Shown one piece after another: positions 35,712 to 46,689 of a stretch of 64,000 nt of DNA (positions are counted from its first letter, which is position 1; the number at the start of each line of letters is the position of its first letter). This DNA is from Amphiscolops sp. MND2022 (Eukaryota): contig OZ076410.1 of NCBI GenBank assembly GCA_964187785.1, positions 54,684,001-54,748,000 on the forward strand. The letters are read 5' to 3'. A program made the position numbers and the translations under genes. The notes below the pieces were generated by a model. That model did no database searches. It worked only from the letters and a program-made list of their open reading frames with translations, and was not told the origin of the DNA.

Positions 35712-36134
35712 NNNNNNNNNNNNNNNNNNNNNNNNNNNNNNNNNNNNNNNNNNNNNNNNNNNNNNNNNNNNNNNNNNNNNNNNNNNNNNNNNNNNNNNNN
35801 NNNNNNNNNNNNNNNNNNNNNNNNNNNNNNNNNNNNNNNNNNNNNNNNNNNNNNNNNNNNNNNNNNNNNNNNNNNNNNNNNNNNNNNNNNNNNNNNNNNN
35901 NNNNNNNNNNNNNNNNNNNNNNNNNNNNNNNNNNNNNNNNNNNNNNNNNNNNNNNNNNNNNNNNNNNNNNNNNNNNNNNNNNNNNNNNNNNNNNNNNNNN
36001 NNNNNNNNNNNNNNNNNNNNNNNNNNNNNNNNNNNNNNNNNNNNNNNNNNNNNNNNNNNNNNNNNNNNNNNNNNNNNNNNNNNNNNNNNNNNNNNNNNNN
36101 NNNNNNNNNNNNNNNNNNNNNNNNNNNNNNNNNN
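35712..36134. other. Assembly gap (N run)
   Basis: Run of n. Confidence 1.
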
Positions 36135-36600
36135 CATTAAATTGTATTATATTACAATATATTTTATTATAATAATTATTTTATTGTATTGTTTTACATT
36201 TTAATATTTTTTCTTATTTTTTATTATATTAAATTATATTGCATTTTATTATGTTATTTTATATTTTATTATATTGTTATGTTTCAAATTAAATTGTATT
36301 ATATTACAATATATTATAGTATAATAATTATATTTTTATATTATATTACATTTTATTATTTTATCGTATATTATATTATATTATATTAGATCGTATTAAA
36401 TTATATTACATTAAAGTATACTACATTTATTATTATATAATAGATTACATTATTTTAAAAGATCATTTTACATTATTATATATTATATTATACTATATTA
36501 TATTATATATTTTATTTTTTTTATATTATTTTATCATATATTTCAATTTATTATATTTTAATCTTTTATACCATGTTACATTGTACAGGATTGTATTTAA
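36135..36600. repeat. Degenerate (ATATT)n low-complexity tract
   Basis: Almost pure A/T with TATTA periodicity. Confidence 0.9.
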
Positions 36601-36671
36601 TATGTTTCGAATATTTTTCAAATCATTCTAATTCACCGTCTTCTTGATTTGCAATTGATCTGCGGAAGGGT

Positions 36672-36809
36672 TCAATTGACCTTACATCCAGTTGTATTCA
36701 ATTGATCATACATCCAGTTGGCTTCAATTTTATCATACATTGCATTTCCGACTGCATTTCCCGCCAATGCTGCAGTAAGAAATGCAAAAAGCATGCTGAG
36801 TTCTTTCAT
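36672..36809 (-). CDS. Putative 45-aa secreted peptide transcribed divergently from the SET-YR gene
   Basis: MKELSMLFAFLTAALAGNAVGNAMYDKIEANWMYDQLNTTGCKVN*: signal-peptide-like N-terminus. Below the 60-aa cutoff of the ORF track. Confidence 0.35.
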   Translation of the reverse strand: MKELSMLFAFLTAALAGNAVGNAMYDKIEANWMYDQLNTTGCKVN

Positions 36810-36904
36810 CTACAAGTTTCTTTTATTTCCGTGGCAGGAAGCAAATGTAAATTACAAGTATTATTTACTTGAGCCGATATCAACAGTTGTCCACACGTGG
36901 CTTC

Positions 36905-37140
36905 TATTAGATTGGCTGAACGAAAGCCGAGTAGTGTGTGCAGCATCAATTCACGAGAAGACAGGTCTCGAGCCGAATCAGCGGTCAACAAGTTACTTCA
37001 ATTTGATTGGCTGTGCAAAAGCCGAGTAGTGTTTGCAGCAATAATTCAACAGGAACCTGGCCACGAGTCAAAGGAAGAAAGTAAATCAGCAAGTCGGATC
37101 AGCAGTACTGATTTTTGATTGGTCAGTGGAAAGCCGAGAC
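36905..37140. promoter_or_regulatory. Triplicated promoter module: GATTGG (CCAAT box) followed by AAGCCGAG at fixed spacing
   Basis: GATTGGCTGAACGAAAGCCGAGTAGTG (~36910), GATTGGCTGTGCAAAAGCCGAGTAGTG (~37006), GATTGGTCAGTGGAAAGCCGAGAC (~37117). A strong downstream donor AAG|GTAAGT at 37308 suggests a 5'UTR exon. Confidence 0.55.
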
Positions 37141-38242
37141 AAAATTACCACTGTTTTAACAGTAAACTTAGTCGCTCAATACATTATTCTATCGTTCAGA
37201 ACAAGTTATTGGAAACCACGTTTTAACTGTAATTGTTAGTTTCAACTTTCTAAATTTACTGGAACTCAGCAATTCATTACAATTACCTGGATTGAGACAG
37301 TCAAAAGGTAAGTGATACTCTTTGATATCATACAAAGCAAACATTAAAAAAAGGAAACATGAAAATTTTCGATAATCAATCGAAGAACATTCTAAAAATC
37401 GCTTGTTCTAAAAATACAGAATAATAACTAAAATTTGAAAACAAAATTGTGTGCAATTTTGGATGGAAAATAACTGACTTTAAAATTCTAAAACTCCCTA
37501 TTTTTTATTTATTATAATTCCATGAAAGATCGTACCAACGATTGCTATTCAATATTCCTAAAATGAGGTTCCAGTTTTTTATTCAAATTGTAATTGATAT
37601 TCCAAATTTTAAAAGTACTTTGTCTTGGCGAATGGTCTGACGTTTGGATCTTTTCTGTTACTTTCCCTACCAATTTAATTCAACCCCCCAGTTAAGCAGT
37701 CAAGTGAAATTATCATTGGCTGTTACTATTAATTCAATCAAATTGCAGTATTTTATAACTCCAACTGCAACTGAAACTCATCACTGATTTTTCACTCTTA
37801 TTGTGGGGGGGGGGTTAACAGAAAAGATCCAGAAATTTTACTTTAAGGAATTTTGAAATCAATAATTAATTTTAGAAAACCAGAAAGTTCGTAATAATGA
37901 GACGAAACCGTTTAATAACTTTCAAACGAAACTGTGTCCTTCTTGCAGAGAAATTCACTGAATATTGTTTAGATTACACCGGCATATGAATTTTTCTTAC
38001 TGAACGATTAGTACGAAACATATATCTCAACCGATGGTCTCTCTGGAAACCAAGTCCGTTTTAATGGTCCCAAAAAAGATCCGAAAAATAAATTCACAAA
38101 AAACAAATATTTGAAATCAAGCAATCTTATGTGAATGTCTCACCATTTCGGAGGACTATTACAACAAACTTCGTTTTTGCTTGGGACCAATCGATTTTAA
38201 TGCTACACTTGTAATCAAAATTTAATATTATCTTTCTTTTAG

Positions 38243-39140
38243 ATGAAGACCAGTGCCCATGATGATTCGAGAAGCAAGAAACCCACTGAGTATGCAGAAC
38301 ACTTTGCCAACAACGACCCAGATTGTTTTGAATTAAAACTTGTGTCAAAATCCATTGGACTGGGAGTCTTTGCCCTCAAGGATTTCGAGAAAGGCGAGTT
38401 TTTGGTTAACTACCGTGGGCGTCTTTCCCAGGAAAACAAAGTAGGCCCTGCAATTTTTGGAATTGAGTGGCAAAACAAACGATGGACAATTGATGGAACT
38501 TCGGAGGACCAAAGCCTGGGCAGGTTCATTAATGACACGGATCCATTTCACAAACCAAATTGTGAACCTCACTTGCATTCGTTTGAACAAAATGGCGAGC
38601 CAACATGTGTCCTTTGGTTCAAGGCTATATCCCAAATCGTCAAAGGTGAGCTATCTCAAAATTTTGTACTTTTAGAGAGGCTCTCTGCTCGTGAGACACA
38701 AAGTGGCCACCTTCGGGTCTCGAAAAAGATTGAAATTATAATGTAATGAAAGAAGAAAGTTGAGAAACAATATTGGGTTCATGGTAGCATTTTTGCATCA
38801 TAGTAAAAACATTGAATTTTACCCGACTCTAAATCCCTAAGGCCCCCATGGAACCATTTATGAAAATGCATGGAACAATATGATTCCAAGCACGGAAGAA
38901 TTTGAAAGGCTTTTGAAGTTGGGGGGAATAGGTGAGAATACTATTCAGGATTGGTATAAAGAACCAACGAAATTTCAAGATTCTTTTTGCGCGGCTGTGA
39001 GAACTCCAAATCTCTCGGTACGTTTCTTCTTCGTTTCGTCATTGACATCCAAGGCTTTAAATACTCAGTGCTACTTTCTTTTTGCAGGCGAAGAGCTGCG
39101 ATACGACTACAAAAACCAATTTCAGCCATGGAAACAGCGC
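38243..39140 (+). CDS. SET domain, PR-Set7/SETD8-like, split by intron 38646-39087
   Basis: IGLGVFALKDFEKGEFLVNYRG, WTIDG, LGRFIND, PNC, LWFKA..I.KG|EELRYDY...W. Confidence 0.92.
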
Positions 39141-42100
39141 AAAAACTGGAGTAAGACAGAGAGTGGCTGGCAATTTCTCCACAATGTTCCCAAGGATGGG
39201 TCTTTTCAAGTCGAACTACCTGATTCATTGAGACATTCCCCCTTTAATCGAGACACTCCCCCTTTCGATGAAACACTCGCCCTATCAGCAACTGACCCAT
39301 TGCCAATCCTGGATGATATACAGACAGCAACTGACCCATTGTCAATGGAAGACAGTGAGGCGGTTGATGACAACAAGGAAGATCGTGTTGATCTTTTTTC
39401 ACCAATTAGGAAAAAATTGAGGGGAATGTCACTTTATGCGAAAACATTAAAAGGAAATGACGATGCTCGCTCTGTGAGTAGCAAATCAGAAACGAAATCG
39501 GGAACAATTACTCGACCAAGTACTTCCCAAACGTCTTCTTTGAAGTCAACGGAAGGTACGACAAGTAGCTCAGATAACTTCTCTGACACGTCAGCAAGTT
39601 CTAAACGATCCTCAACCGAACGCCACAGGAATCGAAACGAAAATCGTGAACAAGAGATGAGCAGCCAAAATGTGGAATCGGAATCTGAAGACCACGGTGA
39701 GGTACCAGATAACGATGACTGCTCAATTTCATCCCAATCTGAAGTTCAGGCACAACAGGACTCATCAATAGATAGCAGAATTTCACAGAGTGTAAAGCAG
39801 AATGAATCACAAATTGAATTATCTGAGAACTCACAGGTTGCAACACAGTCTTCAGGTGAAAATTCAGAAGGCAGAGCTACTGCCGTGCGTAAGGTGGCTC
39901 GGAAACGTCTTTCAACCTTAACCATCTCAGCCGCAAAAACATCTGTTCAGAAGAAACGAAAGCAATCATTTTTGCTATATGGCCTCAAAAAAACAGTAAC
40001 CAGCTTGAGCCTCCAAATTGTTCCAAAGAATATCGGAACGAAAACAAAATGGGTGAAATCAAATGAAGTAAATAATAATGTTCTAAATCAACTTCTGAGC
40101 GAAGGGCATCAAGCACAAAAAACTACGTTGTCGAAAACCCTCAGTGATATTGAGGAAGAGCCTGTCCAACCTGAACTCACTCCCAGTTGCAGCTACTCAA
40201 ATGAGGGACTCGAACGCCGTAATACCCTCTCCTCGACCCCCCTTTGTGTTGATCAACGCAGAGCCAATCTGGATGACCTTGATGAGACTGTGAGCGATCA
40301 GAAGTCGGATTCAGAGACCAGCGACGATGAAACAAATAACCATATGGATGTCGATTCCGAAAGCAGCGAATCGGAAAAAGAAAACTCTGATGAAGAAAAT
40401 AGATCCTGGGAACCCGATGAAAGTGACTTTGAAGAAACGGAACCCTTGCCGAGAAAGAAAACAAAGCTTGCAAAGGCAGTGATAGGAGCAAAAGTGGAAC
40501 TGTGCAGGCCTCAGACAAACTTAGATGCGTCATCTGATAAGCTCTCAACAGAGAGAGGTTCAATCGCAGAATCTATCTCAGATGACAGACTGAACTCGTC
40601 ATACAACTCGTCTATTAAAGTTCCTCAAGTCGATGATTGTATCGAAAACACGGCAGATGGATCTGGCATTCAAATTCTTCGACATGGTACCTACGTAACT
40701 AAACGATATCCTTGCGGAATGTGCGGTGACGGGACGTGGTTCACGAAGCCTCAACGACATTTTGTCAAGTCAGCGGAGATATCAGTTCTTAAATTTCAAA
40801 TCAAGGTTGACCTCAGATCAGGTGTTTCGAATCAAGTTCGACCTCATATCAAGTTTTTCGAATCAAGTATGACCTCAGATCAGGTGTTTCGAATCAAGTT
40901 CGACCTCATATCAGATTTTTCGAATCAAGTATGACCTCAGATCGGGTTTTCTCATCAAGTTTGACTTTAGATCGGGGTTTCTCGTGTTTGGATTCTTTAT
41001 CCTTGTTTTGAAGTTTTTCAAAAAAATGTAAAGTGCGAAAAAATAATTTCAAAAATGCCTCGCCTCTTTTCCGAAATACTATCGAACTGATAGCTCCTAT
41101 TCAGATCTCACGCAAAAAATGCGCTCTTTCAAGAAATTGAAAAATTACGAACTACAGCATCAGATCCAAAGTGTAGTGCAGGGGATAGAATGGAAACCGA
41201 AAATCAAATCAGAGTTTTACAGACAACTTTGCTCAATCAAACCGTGAAACAGCACAATGAACAAGTTATCAAGGATAAAAAAGGTAATCAATTTTTATCT
41301 TTCTTGCTCTTTTAAATTTTATAGTCGACTAAATGCTGTCATTTCTGAGTTGTGTTACCAACTAAGTATTTGATGTTTGACAGGAGTGCTCGTACCAGTG
41401 AGACTACCACCACCGGATGCTAACGTCAATGCCAACGACTTTACCTTCTGCTTAAAATGTCAAGGACTATTTACCAAAAAAGGAATTACAGAACACATGA
41501 GATTAAGTTGTATCCACAAAACAAAGGCAGCTATTGGACACAGGTCATTTTTGAAAGAAGATGTACAGAAGCTACTTCTTCAACACGACACAGATCAGTC
41601 AGAAGATTTACAGGAAATGTTAGGCGAGCTAAGGGACGACGAGATTGGGAAAGCAATCAGAAAAGACCGCCTTCTTCTCTATATTGGATCCATTTTGATC
41701 CGACGAAGAACTGCTGATGAAGACAATAAAACAATTCGTAACCGTTTGCGATATCTGGCTAAAATCGTAGTCGGGTGTAAAAGAGAGAACCTTTGCCGGT
41801 GCCTTTTTGCTAGTGAGCTGGATAGTGTATACGAAGTTTTAAACACATTTACACCTTCTGTTCGTATACGAATGGGGCAGCTTCTCAGGAGCGCAATGGA
41901 GCTCATGAAATCCATCGCGATTAAGAAAGATGACTCCAAAATGGCGAATGCGATGACTAACTCCATCGCTGTGCATGACGCCGAATTCAAGCATCAAGTT
42001 GGTCATAAAGCAACAATGGAACAGGAGAAAGAGAAGTTCATGGGGAATTACGACATTTTACCCCTGAGCAAAGATATCAAAATGCTAGCAGAACACCTCG

Positions 42101-43786
42101 AGGAAGAATGTCAATGCTGCATCGAGGCATATGAAGGTGGGCACAAAAATGCAAAAAGGTTGGGATTGGAGAAATGTCCTTTGATTGTACATTGTCATCA
42201 AGGTGTTACAAAACAAACACAAGTCCATTGTTAACCTTTGTTACATTTTGCTTTACTTCACATCCAAAACTGCTCTTGCTGAGAATAAGGGACATCAATA
42301 ATCCTGATTCGAAGTTTTTGAGCGACGAACGTACTGTTTTTCCTCCGCTCTTTTTCATGAATTAAGCTAACAATTTTAAAATTTATTTTTTTTTATTATT
42401 CGGAAAAAACAGGAAGAGAATTCTTTTTTGTCGTAAGAAACTCATGAAATGAATCTCCAATCCCTGTACAACAGGTCCAAAAAAATACTGGCAAGCAGAG
42501 TTGTTTTGTTCAACAAAAGGAGAGGAGGAGAGTTCGTCAAATCAACTCGGAGGGATATTGAGTATGCTTTGCAATTCCACCGAGGTGTCAGTCACGACAT
42601 TGCCGAGTTTCAAGAAATTTTAACTGACCTGGAGAAGCATTTGGCGTCTCAAATGAAGCTTCTAAGGCTTCCCGGGAAACAGGGAAAAGGAATACCAGTT
42701 CTTCTGGATCAACCTAACCAAAAACTTCTCAAATTTTTAATGGAGGACCCTGACCTCAAAACGGAACGGATTCTTTTCCAAAGTGGCAATCGCAGGCCTT
42801 TACACAGCCACAATATTTTGAGTCAGATAACGAAAGAAGTTCCAGGATTAGAAAAACCTGAAGTGTTGCGTGCCACAGCGATGCGAAAGTATTGTGCGAC
42901 TGCATTACAGGTACAGATATTTTTCAATAACCCTATGTGTTGTTTTAAATTTAGAGTTTATATTTAGAGCTTTATGTTTGAAGTCACTCTGTATGAACTT
43001 TCAAGCATCTTTTCAAATTGAAATCGTACGCACTTCCACAAAATTGACAAGAAAACAATTTCAAACACTAACAATTCAGAAATTTACATCGATCTTTTTT
43101 TGTCAAGAAGCTTTTTCTCTCGGTTGCTTTGTGTGACATCAAATACAAGTTGCTTTTCTGTTGTTTCACAGATGATGGAGCTGCCAAAGCACCAAAAAGC
43201 ATGGGTTGCTGAACATTTGGGCCACTCTCTTGATGTTCATGGAAAATACTACAGAATGCCCCTGGACTCTGTTGAGACTGCAAAGATTACAAAGCTCATG
43301 TATTTGATGGACCACTGCAAGATGAACGAGGTTCGAGGCCTCAATTTGAATGAAGTCGACACTGTCATCACTCGCGACAGAATACTTCAGTGTACCGATG
43401 AAAGAGACTACGAGGATCAACTACCTGACATCTTTGACAAAAGTAACTTGGATCGTTGTTCAAAGCACGTCGACGATGAAGCCCAAAGTGACATTGCCCG
43501 CAAACACTCCAAAATTGAAAGGGGAGAACCTTTGGCCCGGAGAAAACAGAAAGATGGGAAACGTTCGTAATGGCCACCTGACCAAGAACGCAAAGTTATC
43601 GAATTATTTCAAAATTTTATCGCCAATAAACAATGCCCGAACAAGGCTCAGTGTGAAGAGTATCTCCATCTATTTCCTCACTGTGAAGGAAAATACCAAC
43701 AACTGAAAGAAAAGGTTAATAACCTAATGACCAAAGGAGAACCAAGGAAGGATTCGCGAAAGAAACAAGCAGAAGATGATGAGTGA
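38243..43786 (+). CDS. Six-exon SET methyltransferase / Zn-finger / tyrosine recombinase / Myb-like fusion gene (~1362 codons, one in-frame TAA at 43568)
   Basis: Exons 38243-38645, 39088-40768, 41105-41283, 41384-42158, 42475-42910 and 43172-43786 are all GT-AG and phase-consistent (1,2,1,2,0), totalling 4089 nt. The splices rebuild KG|EELRYDY, QRHFVK|SH, KKG|VLVP, AKR|SKK and ALQ|MMEL. Confidence 0.9.
40799..40983. repeat. 31-bp intronic tandem repeat x6, alternating variants
   Basis: AATCAAG(T/G)(T/A)(T/C)GACCTCA(G/T)ATCAG...TTCG units at 40799, 40830, 40861, 40892, 40923 and ~40954. Confidence 0.88.
42475..43290 (+). CDS. Tyrosine recombinase catalytic domain (exons 5-6)
   Basis: LFNKRRGGE (42509-42532, catalytic Arg), LPGKQGK (Lys), LRATAMRKYCAT (HxxR-equivalent), WVAEHLGHSLDVHGKYY (His 43223, Tyr 43247/43250). 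Confidence 0.9.
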
Positions 43787-46689
43787 TTTTCCTGAATAGA
43801 ACTTCAACTCCATATTCATATACCATGATCGAATCGCTTAACTTGAACCAGCCCCACACGTAATTTTTGTTTAAAAAATTCAGTTACACATTACACAAGT
43901 GGTTCAAATTAAGATGTTTTACATTATTTAGAAAATCGATTTACTTTACAAGGGTCTGTGTACTCATTACAAAAAACTACAGTAACAATTTCTGATTTTT
44001 TATAGTAAAAAAAATTACGTGTGGGGGAAGGAGGAAAGTCTCTGTTTGAAGTTTCTGAGATGTGATTCTGTTTTTTGTGCTGTTTTAAAATGTGCCTTTA
44101 GGCGCTTTCAAAAAAATTCTTTCAGTTCAAGGAATTTCGTCACCTGGAAAAAATTCGAAAACTTACAAATGAAAGAATACCTACATACAATGAATTTTTC
44201 GAAAATTCGTTTTGGTTAAACAAATTTTGTCACCTGAAAACTTTGAAAAAAAATCCAAATGAAAAGGTGCCTTAATACATTGGATTTGTTTTAGTCCAAC
44301 GAAACGTTTCACATTGTGGAAATTATATAGTGGATTTGTTTTATATGATTTTTGTTTTGCATCATTTAGATGCATTGGTGTTTTGCATCATTTAGATTTT
44401 AGATTAATTGGAATTTTTCCGAACATGGAAATCTTTCGTTTCTTCTCATATCACAGTAGTTTTCCTCGAGTTTTTGGAAACATTGTTTAAGAGTACCATT
44501 TCAGTTGTTTCCAAATTACATGCGGATGTGCGGTCCACACATGAAAAAACAGCGGACCGCATTTCCCAGGTTTCGGAGCTGTCATTTTAAACATACTTTG
44601 ACCGCATATATGGTGACCCCATATTGGCCTCAATGCGCTCGTGTGTGCGGGTATCTTTTTGCAGGTGTAGACGACCGTAGCAGGTTGAGCTATTTTTAGC
44701 CATTTTATGCCATGCAAGAGGGTGACTGGTGGATGGTTAGCCACGAGCCAGCGCGGCGGCGGATGGGTCAAACCGTGTGTTGAAGACTTTTTAACTCCCA
44801 TTTCGCGTAGAGACGTCCCACAGGTATGGTTTTTAATGGACTGCAAGTGCAAGAGTAGACAATGCTAATGGTCTAAACCGCGTGTCTGTATCTGGTCTAA
44901 ATGTGGAAAAAAAGCGTGGCGAAGATGCACCCCCTGTGACTGGAGGTGTCGCTCAGATGGCTCATGGTTGGCGAAATTTTTGAAAATGCACCTGTTCCGA
45001 CGGGAATTTGTTGGTGCAGGTAAGTAACGTTTTTTCGCGAATGTAACGATACCCTATGAAGTGTTTTCTTGCGAAAAAGAGCAATTTTGAGAAAATCTCA
45101 TTACTGGTGTTTTTGTGTTTTTCTTGGGTTTGAGCACACTCGTGCTCACTGAAACCTGGAGAAACAAAAGTGTTGTAAACAGCAACTACAAGGCTCGAGG
45201 AAGCTAGCACAAGGTGCCCAAGGCACCATTTTTTCTTTTGTTTGTAAAAAAAGTGCCGATGTTATGCCAGAAAAATGCAAAAAAGTGGAAAAAGGGTCAT
45301 AAGAGTACCCAAAAACACAAGTGTACTCACGTGTAAAAGCATGAAAAGTCGCTGTACAGTAGTTCCTCGAGCAGAACTAACCTACAGAGCACTAATTACA
45401 ACTTTTACAGCGGATTCAGGCAGCCTGAGGTTGATATTGTGTGCAAAACTTGCAATTTTAGGCATTTTCAGACATTCAATAGTGCATTGTCCGTCAGTCT
45501 TTGGAGTAAAGCTTAGTCGGCAGTGGGGAACCTGTGTATCCTCATTTTCAGTTAATGCAGTAAAAATAACGTGTGGTAGTGAACACCGCATGTGAAAACT
45601 CACGTTCAGTGCTGAGAAAAGTGAAAAAACGCACTGAATTTGATCAATTTTCCACAAAACTGGGTCAGTGACTCCTGAACCCTAGCCAAAAAAGGTTGCA
45701 TTTTCGTAATTACCACTAAACTGAACGTTATTGGCGAAACTGTGGTGAGCGTATCGGTAATTAAAGTCCAGAAAAGCTCTCTGACGTTTCGACATCAGAG
45801 AAGCAAAAAAACGCAAAAAAATCCAAAATTGCAGGACTGTCAGTGCCTTGTACCTAACACGCACAACCAATTGAGGGTTTGTCCCAGTGCTACGGATAGT
45901 GGGGCAACACGTTGGTCCCATTTTGCCTGCCGTACCACTTTCTGAGGTGACCCTCGTGGTCAATTTGTAAAAAAGTTCCCAAAAATAGTGTTTTTCCGTG
46001 AAAAGTGTCCATACTGGGTCGAAACCTTAGGTAAGCCAGCGCGCTTCATTTCGACCATATAGTGACATTGTGGGCACTCACTGGCACATGCTACTAAGTT
46101 TGGTGTCGACCTGTGCAGTACTTGTTGAGAAAACAGCGAAAACGTGACACCCAAAAAAGTGTGCAAAAAAGCAGTTTTTTCTTCGTTTTTCCGAGCAACT
46201 CAGGCACCTTAGCCGAAGAATGGGGCTTTACTGTAGCCCACCATCGTAACTGGTGCTAGTTCTTACGCTGTTGCAGAGCAATTGAGCTCGCTAAGTCTTT
46301 CCAATGAATCGCAAGTTTGAAATAGACGTGAAAAACAGTGTATTCAGGTTCCGAGTGATACCGCACGTCTGTACCCAGGTGAAGTTGTGTGGAAAGGACA
46401 CAGCTCAAAACTGTGTTCTTTTCACTAAACCTAAGTGTACCTAGGATTGGCGCTTCCAGTGCGCACACGAGCCACTTAAGTGTTATTGTGGAATTTTTGG
46501 AAAATCCAAAATTTCTTTGAAAATCTTCCTGCTGGTGCCTGAATATAAAATATCATAAACCAGGTCAATGTTCTGGCGCAGTGTGCTTATGGGATAGTGC
46601 TGTGCAAGTTTGAATGGCCTACTAGCCTTAAAACGTGTTTTGGAAAGCTTCAGCCATTGAAAAACGCCATTTCTCGTAAGTCATCACCG

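Noticed and set aside
36189-36389. Hydrophobic Ile/Tyr-rich membrane protein
   Set aside because: Translation of an AT microsatellite.
38880-40934. 684-aa ORF as a standalone gene
   Set aside because: Its first ~70 and last ~55 codons are intronic read-through; the real coding part is exon 39088-40768 of the spliced SET-YR gene.
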